Below, one piece after another: positions 25,519 to 37,568 of a DNA stretch of 64,000 nt (position 1 is the stretch's first letter; each line of letters begins with the position of its first letter). The translations under genes and the position numbers were made by a program. The notes under the pieces are model-generated. The model did no database searches and was not told the DNA's origin. It worked only from the letters and a program-made list of their open reading frames with translations. Source of the stretch: Cladosporium halotolerans (lineage: Eukaryota); contig NW_027191467.1 in NCBI RefSeq assembly GCF_011745625.1, positions 248,001 through 312,000 on the forward strand, given 5' to 3'.

Positions 25519-26414
25519 GGTCGCGTGAGGCAGTCGGCGGAGGCGGAGAAGAGGGCGGCGGTGATGGTGGTGGTGGTGAGGCGGGTCGGCGCCCTTTGTG
25601 TCGCAGTACAGGCAGCAGAGGGCGGTCGAGCAGGCGGTGCCGGGCTATGATGCTGGGTGTGGAGAGTGAGGCGAAGTGCTGGGCGGCAGTCGGCGCGGCG
25701 ACGGGGTAGCACAAGGCAGGGCACAGCTCAGCAAGCACAGCAGGGCGGAGGGAGGATGCAATGCAGGGCGGCGGTTGGTAAGTGTGCTGCAGGCGGAGGA
25801 GGAGGAGTACTGTACAGTAGGAAGGCTGGCGAGGTGAGACAGGAAACGGAAACGGAGACGGAAACGGGATGGAGTCGCGCGCGCAGGGCCGTGACAGCAG
25901 CGAGCAGTGAGCAGCAGGCGGGCAGAGGCGTTTCTCGGCGGCAGCCTTCGCGCGCTGGGCTGGGCTGGCGGGAAGCACTGGCGCAATCTTAAAATTCGAG
26001 CAATCTCCAGGCGCACGCGAGCGGCAGCCAGGGCGGGCAAGCGCCGACGTCAGGCGCAGGTGCAGGGGGAGAGTGCCGTGGGAGGGCGTTAATGCGTGAC
26101 GATAATGCCGGGGTGGGCGATGATATTGTGTTGTGGTAAGGTATCTTGTTGTTGTTATTGCTGCCGTAGAGGAGGGAGGGCTGCGTGCACGGCGGTCGGA
26201 GTGTGCACTGTGACGGGCAAGGGCAGGCAGTTGGCGGATGCGACTCGTGCGCGCCGGATGCAGTGGCCCAGCAGTCGTTGTGCTAACTGACCAGGTGTGT
26301 AGTAGTGTACTTGCTGTTGGAGCTACTATACGGTTAGCGAGCCAACGCCCGCCAGGCTCCAGCATCGCGGAAGCGCCGGGAGGGCCAGCACGGCTGCGGT
26401 CGGCATGTGGTGCG

Positions 26415-26480
26415 GTGGACTGGCAGTATGTACTGTGGTGCACTAGTGGACTGGTAGTATGTATGTACTGTGGTGCACTA
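26415..26480. repeat. Tandem duplication of about 31-35 bp (GTGGACTGGYAGTATGTACTGTGGTGCACTA)
   Basis: Two adjacent near-identical copies at 26415-26445 and 26446-26480. Confidence 0.85.
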
Positions 26481-26531
26481 CATGCACTACTCGAGCCTCG
26501 CACTCGCTCGTTCGCTGCCTGAGCCTCCGGG

Positions 26532-26627
26532 CAGCGAGGGATGCCTGCAATCGGCCGACCAGCGAGGGATGCCTGATTGCAAGCGGCCGACCAGCGAGGG
26601 ATGCCTGCCTGCCTGCAAACGGCCGAC
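26532..26627. repeat. Minisatellite, 3 copies of CAGCGAGGGATGCCTG..CAA.CGGCCGAC
   Basis: Three tandem units of about 28-36 bp with a variable middle. Confidence 0.85.
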
Positions 26628-27803
26628 AAAGCTCGCGCCATCGACGCCTGACGGGAGCGAGAGCGACTTTCCATTCCGCCCGCCTGCCGCCCGCCTGCTC
26701 GCTCAAGCCTCAAGCTTCGCCTGTATGCGCCGTGACCTCACCGCTCGCCCTGCGCATCAGCAAATGCAAATGCAATGCACGACGCCATCATCATCGTCGT
26801 GCCCGCCTGCCATGCCACGCCGCGCCGCAGCACCAGTGACGCTGTCCTGCGAGGCTGAGTAAACCTGCGCCGCATCTCTTGGCCGAGCTCTCCCGCAAGA
26901 TATGCACAAAGCGCACAAAAAGAATCCCTCCAGTTCAGCTCGTATCCGCAAAGCGAAACCATCTGCCTGCTTGTCTGCCTACCAACACCCACTAACCACC
27001 TACCGAGGTCCCATCCTCCTCCTACCCATGTAGTTCACACAGCTAGCGCACGCTCCAATCTCCCAACAAACAACCAACAAAAAAAATCTCAGTCCTGAAT
27101 CGCCGCCAGCCGAAGAATCGCGGGCCGCCAGCACCAAGCGTTGCCGTGAGAGCCAGCCAGGGGCCCCTCCGCTCGCACAAAATCCCGAGCGCGCGTGCAC
27201 AACTCCCCTCGGCGCGCCGCGTCCGGGCCCTGGCCCATCCGGGCTCCGAGCCCCCCGATTGATTCATTACCTTATTCAAGCGGACAGAGTCAGTGCAGGT
27301 GACGTCCAACGGGCGTTTTCTTTCGCGCTCAGTCTTGGCCCAGGCCCCCCCGGGGCGAAAGTGCCGCGCTGTTCCGCGCGAATCACGCTCGGGCGTGGGC
27401 GATCTGTTGATTCGGGGCGCTTGTGGCTGGCGCAGGGCGTATTGAACACGCGACCGCGACGCGCCGGGGACGTGTTTCTTGGATCTGCGCTGCGCTCTGG
27501 CGACACCGTGCTGTGCTCTGCCCTGCTCTGCGACGCAATGTGGTCTTCGCCAGGCTGGGCGCGTGTTTGAGATTCTGGGAAGCGCGTGCCCCGTCCAAGA
27601 GCTCCGAGATGGCGACTCGCGCGCTCGAGTGCTGCAGCTGTCAGCGCTCGCGAGACGCCCGGGACGCCGCATCCGGATCCTTGCTCTGTCAGCTGCCTCC
27701 AAGGCTTGCCCTTAACGCCGGAGCTGGTGCTGATGCGCCAGCTACTGTCTGTATTCCCTGCTGCTTGGGTGTGCGATCGCAATACCGTTGCTGCTAGGAC
27801 GCC

Positions 27804-28221
27804 TTACAACTCCCGCTGCCGCCTGATCTCCTCCAGACGGTCTTCGTAGACCGCATCAGGATGCCGTCTTCTTTTCTCCAAAAAAACTCGTCGCGTCGGA
27901 AGCCAGTCTGCTCCGCAGCGTTCACGTCCCAGCCGCACTCGAGATACACGTCTTCGAGGCGGCGCTTGGCTAGAAACTCACCTCGGGCTCGCGCTTGGCT
28001 CTCTCAAAGTCGCTCTCGTCGCTGGACTCGGCGCGGTTCTGGCAGGGGAAACGCCGACTCTTCGTAGACCAGTTCGTGCTCGGTGCCGGCCCAAGGCGGA
28101 CGGTTGATGTAGGCCAGGCTGCGGAACTTGTCGATGAGCGGCTCGTAAGCGCCAAATTCCAGCAGCAGCGGCTTTCGCAGTCGACGTTTCAGAACGTCTC
28201 TTGTAGAACGCAGAACGATAC
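27804..28221 (-). pseudogene. Decayed fragment of a fungal hypothetical-protein gene
   Basis: Intron-like 3' end (CTAAC..CAG), then EPLIDKFRSLAYI...LEDVYLECGWDVNAAEQTGFRRDEF(L)EKRRR..EEIRRQREL*. Interrupted by a TGA at 28004-28006 and a T-run frameshift at about 27880. Confidence 0.55.
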
Positions 28222-29605
28222 CTGAAAGATGAAAAATATATAGCACGTTAGATAAATAGCTGAATTTATTTTCTATCACTTTTCCAGGTTTTTATTCTTC
28301 CCGTAGCAGTCAAATAAAGCGTTAAAACCCGCTCGCCGGTTACTGCTCGCTTACCGGGTGGGATTCTACCCTCCACCCTCGAGACTATCTCAGAATCGCA
28401 GATCGCAGGGCAAGCCCGCTAATAAACCAGACGGAAAGGTCTGAAGGAAATTTCTGGAGCTCGTGTGCGGCCCCTTGCATGGCATGGATGCTGTATTTTA
28501 CACATGCATGTAGGTGAGACATTCGGTCGGTGAGCGAGCGTGGGCGCAACGTGGGCGTCGGGGCGTGCTGTCGCGTGCTCTGCTGCTGACACTTGTGTAC
28601 GGAGCTACGCTGTGCTGCGCTGCGGGTACGTTGCTGTGTACTGTACACGTGGGGGTTTTGCGCATCGTGTGGGATCATGGTTGTCTGATCTTCCCCTGTT
28701 GTTAACCGGTCGGGGCGCCGTGGATGTGGACTGACGACTAGGGGACGTTCCTTGAGGAAATATGTTGAGTTTCCTATACGTCTAGCTGAGGACGCCTTTT
28801 TCTCGTCTTCGCCTCCATTGCGCTCCATCTCGCCCCACTCTCAGATCTACCCGTGGGCTCGTGGAAGACCCATACGGCGTATGCTGGACTAAATATTCCT
28901 AGCTGCGAACAGAACGTTTACATACTCGCTCGTGACGCCACTGCGTCCCTTTCCAAGTACAGAAACATCTGGTTTCTGGTGTCTGATTCTCCATCGATGG
29001 TGTCTTTGGATGGGATGCGATATCATCTGAAAGAGGTAGGAAAAGCTGGCTGGTGGATTTTAGTTGGCTGGAATTTTGGTGGCTCTTGCTCGATCGATCA
29101 CTCGAAACCATCAAGATTCGTCTGATTCGATATTTTACTCGGTCAGTCCAAGAGAACTAAAGCTATGGACAAGAGAATTGATAAGCCAAATCAGCTTGTC
29201 AAATTAGCGGGACCTGATCCCCCGTCCTTTGAGGTATGACGGAACGAGTCTGGCGACCACCTTCCACCTCGAATCAATGTTAGAAAATCCCTAGCATATC
29301 GCGAATAAATCTCAGCAATTTATCGAATCGCGTATCTCCTCGTGCAAGCCATCCCCACTTAAGAACTCACAGCCAAACAAACTCGCACCGCCGAAAGACT
29401 CATTGCGGAAACAACGGATCGCTAATCATTCAATCGAATGATTGGTTGACCTTTCAATCGTTTACTAAATTAATTGACTACTAGCAGCATGACTGAAAGC
29501 ATTGGTCAATCGATCGAATTGATGAATGAATGACTGGTTAATGAATCAACAGACCAAACGATCAACCAACCGACAACACCTCCTCTCTCACCCTACCATC
29601 CCCCT

Positions 29606-30749
29606 CTAACCAAGCTTCAACGTATTCCCCGCCTTCCCCACAACCGCCGCCTTCACATTCCCACTCCCCAGCAACGAATACTTATACGGCACGCTCGTCA
29701 ACGTCCCCCTGGGCGCCTCGTCCGTCGCCCCACCCAGCACCAAATCCCTCGTCACCGCGTACCCGACCTCCTTCGAATCAATCGACAGCACCGCCCTCTT
29801 GACCCCCGTAAAAACGGTACTCTCCACCAGCGCCTGCGCCCCCATCCGCGTGTTCACCGCCGTCTCCCCGCCCTCGAAGTACGAGTTGAACACGTGCGCC
29901 GTCCCGAAGCGCAGCAGCGGCATGCGGCTGTTGATGTTGCGGAAGTGGTTGTTGGCGTACGTGATGTGCAGCCTGCCCCGGTCCTCGCCGCCGTTGTTGT
30001 CGCTGTGCCCGACGAGCGAGGCCTTGAAGTGGTCGTGGAACAGCGTGTTGCTGACCGTCAGCCAGTCGCTGCCGTGGCTGAAGTCCGCGAGCCCGTCGTA
30101 GTAGTCTTTGCCCGAGGTGAGGTCCGACGACAGGTCGCAGTGGTCGATCCAGACGTTGGAGGACTCTTGCACGCCGATGGCGTCGCCGCCGGGGTCGCCC
30201 GTGCGCACTTTGGAGATCGCCAGGTTGCGGATGATCACGTTGTTGGCGGCGCGGAGGAAGAGCCCGAAGCCGGTGATGGTCGAGGTGGAGTCTAGGCCCA
30301 GGATGGATTTGTTGGACCCGACGCGGATTTTCTCGGTGCCGGTTATCTTTCCCTTGATGTAGACGGTTACCGGGGCCGTTTCGTCTTTGACGGCTGCGGC
30401 GAGGTCGGCGTAGGTCGAGACGGTGACGACTTTGCCGCCGGCGCCGCCGGTCGTGCCGCCGTTCTGTCAGGGGAGGTTAGTTGGATAGTTGTTGTGGTTT
30501 GATCGGGGTCGAAAGGGGTGGTTCGATTGCATGTGTTGCTGTGCCAGAAGTTTCGATCGTTGATCGATCTTCTAATAGGAAAGAGACATACTAGAAGTTG
30601 TTAGCGGATTCAGTCAGTGAATCGTGAGCCTAGACTTCCATACCCATACTAGCATAGCCAACAGGGCTAGCATTCTGCCTTGCAACCAGAGGACTTGCAA
30701 GAGCAGTCAAAGGCGACAATGCCGCCACGGCAAGGACGGAAAGTTTCAT
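29606..30749 (-). CDS. Secreted pectate lyase, polysaccharide lyase family 1 (about 320 aa)
   Basis: Signal peptide MKLSVLAVAALSPLTALA; VGYASM|NGGTTGGAGG; NVIIRNL, NVWIDHCDL, YYDGLAD, SRMPLLRFG. Exons 30749-30645 and 30463-29606. Confidence 0.95.
30464..30644 (-). other. [D1,2] spliceosomal twin intron (stwintron)
   Basis: G | GTATGG..GCTAAC..TAG (internal, 30643-30591) | TATGT..CTAAC..CAG (external). Only nested removal restores the reading frame. Confidence 0.85.
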
Positions 30750-32376
30750 GATGTCGAGAGTGGTCCACAAATGATCGATGAATTGGTCTGGGTTGAGCTT
30801 GGACGGACAGATCGATGAAAGACCTCAAGGTCTTTTATGTCTTCGATCACCAAGATACTCTAAGATCACAACATGCTCCACGAGCAAATACTTCCGTCCC
30901 CAGTCCCTCAATTTCCTCCACTCACATCCCTCCAACACTGAGAAGCATCACTCTTTGATTGCGTAAACACGCTCAGACTTCACCAAACCCGCCCTCGTGC
31001 TACCACCACACCGCGCCAGAAGACCACGGAGGCAAGTCCAAGGCGTGTGAAGTTATACCCTACTGTACATGAGACCGACTCCCACGAATCAGCTCTCAAC
31101 CCCTTGAGTCCACCTTCCACCAACCGGAGCGCCGGGTATCGATGCCTCTTTCTGCAAACGGTCCGGGGACGCTCCTACCGCGCTACAGCGAGGGGCTTGG
31201 GCTTTTGCGGAGAAATATGCGCCTGAAACGCTATACTGCTGCTGTGGCGTCGGCCTTGAGCAATGTACTAGGGATCAGGCGTCGATCATTCTGGGGCCGC
31301 CAATCGGAGCGCTGGGGCTGGGGGCTTGGATGTTTGAGAGAGGCGAGATAGTTAGGGTCTAGAGACGAAAGGAAGACCTGCGCATTGTTGTCGGATTGGT
31401 TTTATCATGAGTTGAGATTGAAAGGGTTGAGGGGATGTGGTCGTGGAAGGTATCGGGGGAAAAAGCGGTTGTGGACATTTTGGACTTGGAGCCTTCTTTG
31501 GGACGAAGACAAGCCGTTCCAATTTGGGCATGGCGACTCCAAACTCTTCGGAGTCTCTTCCGCGAAGTTTCCTATATGGAGCCAAACACTTCTTCCAGGT
31601 CTTGAATCCTGATTTAAGCTTTGATGGATGATGTAATGAATCAGGACCTTATTATCTTTGTTTTATATATTACAGAGAGCTGGTCACTTCCATTAATTCA
31701 ACGACAAGTTGTAATCAGCAAGCCTGGTCTAGCGGTTATGATTTCTGTCTAACAACAGTTGCAACATGCACGCTGATGGCAGCACAGAAGGTTCCCGGTT
31801 CGATTCCGGGGGTTTGTAACAGATGTTCTTCATTACATTTTTGTCTTTTTTGTCTACTGTACCACCATTGACGAGATGGCAGGTTGTCACGGTCATGTTT
31901 TTGGGGCCAGGTTGTGAACGAATGTGGGTGCAGGTGGTGACGCTGGCCGGATTGGTCGGATTCGTTTCAATAACACGAGATACTCGACACCGATGATCGC
32001 TGCACTGGGTTTCTGCAGCTAGGTCCAAACTTGGGTGATCTTCAGGAGAAGTATCCTGATGCTGCTCTTCATACACTCCGTTCAAAATCTCGGACGAACG
32101 AAGATTGTAGAAACCCAGACTTTGTATTGACATCCCAAACCATTACATCCCCATAAAAAACCCCATGCGTTCGTTAAATATGAAATAGAAATACGAAAGA
32201 AACGACCGTGATCAAAAACATCCCGAAAACCCCAAGAACTCCAACAGCGACGTCCTCGACTCCAACTTTTCCCCTCCTGCATACCCCACCCCCTCCCCAA
32301 GACCATACACCAACCCCCCACAGTCGCCCGCGCGATACGGTTCCGCCTCTTCGGCCAGCACCGACGGCGGAGACCG

Positions 32377-33831
32377 TCACGACCGCGCCTGAGGCTGAGG
32401 CTGAGGCCCAACATTCCTCCTCGCCCTCGCCAGCAGCTTCGACTTGCTCTGCCCGTCGTTCGCGCACACGTAATCCTTCTGCTGCAGACTATACTGGCTG
32501 CCGAACAAGTGGCCCGTCTGCGTCTCGTTCACAAACACCTTCTGCGTCGGCAGCCGCTCGTGGTCCGGGTCGCCCACCCTGCAGCGCGAGCAGTACGTGA
32601 CGTCGACGGTCTTCGCCGGCCCGTCGGCGTTGCGCTTGTACAGGCGCAGCACGCCCAGCACGGCGACGAAGTCCGCCGCGTTGGCGAAGTGCTCCGTGCT
32701 CGCGGTGTAGGCGTGCACGTCCCAGTCGTAGGCCGGGTTGCCGAAGGTGTAGACGTGCAGGAGGGAGGCCATGGGCGCGCGGAGGTCGGCGTGCTGCGGG
32801 TCGGAGTAGATTTGCTCGAGCGCCAGGCGCAGGAGCAGGCAGCCTTGGGAGTGGGCGACCATGACGATGTGCTTGCGGGTGGTCTTGGAGGCTGTGAGGG
32901 CGGCGCGGAGTTCTTTGGCGAGCTGGTGCTGGGCGGTCGTGCTGCTTTTGGTGCGTTCGAAGGGGCGGGGTTTGGAGACTGGGGCGGTCTCGGGGCGCCG
33001 CTCGCCGCCGCATTCGATGAGGTCCCAGAGGATGCCGTCGCTGCGGTTGAAGATGCCCTTGATTTCTGTGCGGCGGGAGGCGGCATCGGTGCTGCCGTTG
33101 CCGTGGGCGTGGGCGGTTCCGTTGGCGTTGGTGGACGGAGTGTCTGGGTCGAAGAAGAAGTCGCGGAGCTTGTTCACGGAGAGTCTGTTCCAGTAGAATT
33201 CGCCGGCAATGCCGTTAACGAAGAGCCATGTTTCGGGCTGCTGGTTTGGATCCTCCTTGCGCTTGAGTCCGGTAGTACCCCACAAGGTTTCTTGTCCGTC
33301 GGAATCCAGAGAGATGTCCATGACGAACTTGCTGTCTTTATCGTCCTTTTGTTTGAGAATCTCGATCACGGACTTGAAGAAGCGTTGCACCTGACTGAAC
33401 ACTGCGTGGCGATTCATGGGCTGGTGAAGGTCCAATTCGCTGTAATCGTTCCACGCATCAGCACCGGACACGGGTGTACCGTCCGGGGACTCAGCTGAGA
33501 CGAATCGTTTCATGGGGTCCAGTAAATCGACGAGAAAGGTAGCAGGCTCCCACCAATTGCGTTTCAAATACTTGAAGAGCTCTTCGTTCGCCGGATTATC
33601 CAACATCGCCTTCCAGATGGAAGGAATAGGTCCGACGTAGCCGACCATGGCGCCAATGATGGTCTTGGTTATAATTCCGACGAACTTGAGAACAGCCATT
33701 TGAGTGGCTCTCAAGAAAGCACTTTCGGCGATTTCCAAGAAGCTGTTGGCTCCGACGAAGGTCATGGCGACATTTGCGCCGGCCTTGGTCACTTCGCCGG
33801 GTATACCGATGATCTTCTTGACTAGATCCAT
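32377..33831 (-). CDS. Putative alpha/beta-hydrolase (lipase-like) of unknown substrate
   Basis: IVMVAHSQG nucleophile elbow, VYTFGNPA, EHFANAADFVAVLGVL, WLFVNGIAGE. Intronless ORF. Confidence 0.75.
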   Translation of the reverse strand: MDLVKKIIGIPGEVTKAGANVAMTFVGANSFLEIAESAFLRATQMAVLKFVGIITKTIIGAMVGYVGPIPSIWKAMLDNPANEELFKYLKRNWWEPATFLVDLLDPMKRFVSAESPDGTPVSGADAWNDYSELDLHQPMNRHAVFSQVQRFFKSVIEILKQKDDKDSKFVMDISLDSDGQETLWGTTGLKRKEDPNQQPETWLFVNGIAGEFYWNRLSVNKLRDFFFDPDTPSTNANGTAHAHGNGSTDAASRRTEIKGIFNRSDGILWDLIECGGERRPETAPVSKPRPFERTKSSTTAQHQLAKELRAALTASKTTRKHIVMVAHSQGCLLLRLALEQIYSDPQHADLRAPMASLLHVYTFGNPAYDWDVHAYTASTEHFANAADFVAVLGVLRLYKRNADGPAKTVDVTYCSRCRVGDPDHERLPTQKVFVNETQTGHLFGSQYSLQQKDYVCANDGQSKSKLLARARRNVGPQPQPQARS

Positions 33832-35080
33832 GATGGCGGTCGTTGTATGTAGTGTTAAATGCGTTGTGGTGATTGAAGAGGAGATGGGATACCGCACTGT
33901 ATCCGAATGTCGGTAGGCAGGAAGTCAGATAAACAGGCGGGCCGCAGGTTGGTATATATAAGGACAACAGCAGAGAGGGGAAACTATCAGGAGCGCGAGA
34001 CACACCCATGCAGCAACACAGCTGCCCTGAGCTGAGGCTTGGAGCGTTGCCTGACCGTCCGCAATGGCTTTCTACTTCTAAGCCTGCATGCTCCGCAGGA
34101 CATACGATGACTGCAGCGACCAGGTTGTCGAACGGTGAGAGAACTTTCGAGCTTTCACATGCTTCAAATTGCTGATAACAAGTGCGACAAGTGGTACAGG
34201 ATCAATATCACAACGCTCAGGGCGGGTGGCGGTGCGGATACCAGCAGTCTCAGCCCCATTCGCTTGGCGAAAGGCATCTCAGCTGCCTCGAGCTGAAGGT
34301 CGACAGGCGCCGACGGCGGCCTCAGCCCTCTGTCCGAGGTTCCAGAATACTTCGCTCTGGCCGATGCGATGTGCATGCAGGTCAGCCGGCCGGCAAGTAC
34401 CACGGTCGAGCGAGACGGCAAAGGCGCATTCGATACGGTGACATTATTGTGTACAGCGTCGGCACATGCGCGTGAATAATGAGCTGACGGCGCCACTCAA
34501 GCCGGTGAGCGCCAGTAAGCGAGACTCATCGCAGCTTGACCGGCAGCCACTTGGCCGGTGCCTTCAGACAAGACAAGAACCCGCGTAGAGGCCAGTCGAG
34601 AGAGCTTCTATAGTTAGAGGATGCGTCCGCCGGCACGTGCTATCAGCCGTGTGCACGAATGGCCTGCATCGGCGGAGGAGCCGTGAGTTCGAGTGATGGG
34701 AGTGAGTCGCGGCCGCCCGTCTGTCTTGGTTGCTGCAAATTGGATGCATGTGTGTTGTTGGAGGCGCAGAGAAGCGGTCTGTGTTTGCAGCAGGCGGAAG
34801 GTCAGGGCCTAGCCCACTCCCTCCACTTTGCCTTCTATCACGTGTCTAGCAACAACAATAATGTCGAAATGGAAGAGCCAAAACGGAGAAGACAAAGGCA
34901 AAGGCAGACAGCCCGGCGGGCGGGCCAAGCTAAATCCCCCGCGCCGTACCTTGCAGGCGGCGCGCGCTCCCTTGAATCCACACGTTGCATCACTCCCGCC
35001 GCGCTAAGAAGAGGCCAGCAGTACAATCGCGCGGCCACGAAGGGGGGCAAACGAGACCCCTCCGGCCATTTCGCGGATTC

Positions 35081-37179
35081 ATGGGCGACACTTTCCCCTC
35101 TCACTTCTCTTCTGTCCCGCCGACCCTCGCCGCCGCCTCATCGCAGCCCGTTCTGCCTCTGCACGAAGCCAGGGACCCAGGCACCGATAACACCGGCCTC
35201 GAGCTTGCAGATCTCTCCGATCAGAGCAGACGGAACCGACGCTCCTTAATAATCGATACCGATCTTTCGCGACACGAGCATTATTACGACGAGCATTTGG
35301 ACAGCGCAGCGAGCCAGACACACCATACACACATGCCGAGCAAAAAATCTAAATCCCGGTCGCCGAATCCACTGGGCCGGGTGCAACACAACGCGAACGG
35401 ATCGACATCATCGGCATCGCCCACGTCGAACGGCGATATGAACGGGTCCTTTAGAGAACGCGGAAAGCCCGCGGCGTCCCTGGAGATTCCGGACAGTGCC
35501 GTGCAAACGGCGCATCTGATGGGCAGAGAGTCTTTCTCCTTGGACCACGTGCCCCCTCCGACACCCGGCAAGGAGGAGAGCAGCAAGGGCTTCTTCGATC
35601 TACCTCGACAGGACAGGAGGAATTTCTTGTTGCTGGTGTTGCTGTATTTCTTGCAGGGCATTCCTATGGGTTTGGCAGCTGGCAGCGTGCCATTCCTGCT
35701 CAAGAGCTACATGAGTTATGGGCAGATCGGCGTGTACAGTTTGGCATCGTACCCATACAGCTTGAAGCTGTTGTGGAGTCCGATCGTGGATGCAGTTTGG
35801 AGTCCTAAGGTTGGCAGGAGAAAGAGTTGGATTCTTCCCATACAAATGCTCAGCGGTTTCAGCATGATTTGGCTGGGCTCGGGAGCCCAGAAGATGATGG
35901 AGGAGGCTGGCGCGAACGGCGGAGCTGGTGTTTGGGGATTCACAGGCTGGTGGTTTGCTCTGGTTTTCTTGTGCGCAACGCAGGATATTGCCGTTGACGG
36001 CTGGGCGCTTACACTTCTGTCGCCGTCTAACCTCTCCTACGCTTCGACCGCACAAACGGTCGGTCTTACTGCTGGCCAATTCTTGAGCTACACTGTCTTC
36101 CTCGCGTTGAGCAGCCCTGATTTCGCCAACAAGTACTTCCGCAGCCAGCCGCTGGATGTCGGCCTCTTCACATTGGATTCTTATCTCGTATTCTGGGGCT
36201 GGGCCTACCTAGCAGTCACCCTTGGCCTCGCTCTGCTCAAGCGGGAAGAGCGCACCAAGGAGAAGGACAGCATTCTTGATGTCTACAAGGTCATGGGTGG
36301 CATCATGAAGCTGCGCAACGTCCAGATCTTCATCGTCATCCACCTGATCGCTAAGATCGGTTTCCAGGCCAATGACGCCGTCACGAACCTCAAACTTCTG
36401 GACAAGGGATTCAGCCAGGAAGACCTGGCCCTCACTGTTTTGATCGACTTTCCTTTCGAGATTATGCTGGGTTACTACGCCGGCATGTGGAGCGAAAAGT
36501 ACCAACCCATCAAGGTCTGGTGCTGGGCTTTCATCGGCAGACTGGCTGCCGCGGTCTTTGCACAGCTGGTCGTCATGGCCTTCCCGGCAGGCGGCACCAC
36601 GACTTCTTACCTGCTCACTGTCATCGTCGAGCATGTCTTCAGCACTTTCATGAGCACCGTCATGTTCGTCGCCATCAGCGCGTTCCACGCCAAGATTGCC
36701 GATCCGGCCATCGGCGGCACCTACATGACCCTCCTTGCTACGTAAGTCTTGCTTCTACACTCCTATCAGAACCCTGAATACTTACACATTCCACAGCGTC
36801 AGCAACCTCGGCGGCACTTTCCCTCGTTTCTTCATCCTCAAGTTCGTCGACGCCTTCACCGTCGCGACATGCCACCCTCCCACCAGTCCCCCGAAGCCAG
36901 ACACCCTCAAGGGCGACCTCATCACGCAGTCCTTCAGCTGCGTACTCGAAGCCGAGAAGCACCGCTGCATCGATGGCGGCGGTTCCTGCGACATTTCGCA
37001 AGACGGTAAGCATTGTGTGGACTCTTGAAGAGAGGATGAATAGCTAACGGAAACCAGGCTACTACATCGTCAACGTACTGTGTGTTCTCGTGGGCGCCGT
37101 GACGTTCTGGATGTTCATCCGCCCACAGGCGCTGAAGTTGCAGCAATTACCCATGCGCGCTTGGCGCATTTCGGGATGA
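35081..37179 (+). CDS. Acetyl-CoA transporter (SLC33A1/AT-1 family, MFS)
   Basis: LLVLLYFLQGIPMGL, PYSLKLLWSPIVDA, ATQDIAVDGWALTLL, DPAIGGTYMTLLAT|VSNLGGTFP. Introns at about 36742-36796 and 37006-37058. Start codon uncertain. Confidence 0.93.
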
Positions 37180-37568
37180 ACAGCCCTCGGCTCTTGGTAT
37201 AGACCACTGTTGTTCGAGATCTGTATTACAATTACCATTTACCACTGCTCACCTTTGTTCTCTGATCTGATGCAGACCGTGTACATTTTTGTCGTCGAGA
37301 CCTGAATCATGCCTTTGTTGTCACGCCTGGAATCCGTTTGCTGCATTGATCGCGCCGAATGCGTACACGAACAAAGGGACAGGACTCGAGTCCGGTCAGC
37401 GATGGAACCTATTGTCCTTTGTTCAATAGACCCTCTTGAGATTATTCCGAATAGACCTCACGAAAACCTTCCATCACAGCAGGCGCGCAGGGACACGATC
37501 AACCACACAACCACACCTCACTCACCCACAATCAAACACAACAAACCCTACAACAAAACCAGCCAAAA

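Noticed and set aside
26532..26627. CRISPR-like repeat/spacer appearance
   Set aside because: Eukaryotic context, units are contiguous with no unique spacers, and there are no cas genes.
25070..26713. 547-aa minus-strand ORF overlapping AUR1
   Set aside because: Low-complexity Pro/Ala/Arg/His translation of GC-rich leader and repeats, out of frame with AUR1. Considered only as a possible uORF.
31350..32133. 134-aa and 77-aa minus-strand ORFs
   Set aside because: No family features and weak coding signal. They might be an orphan gene, but this is unsupported.
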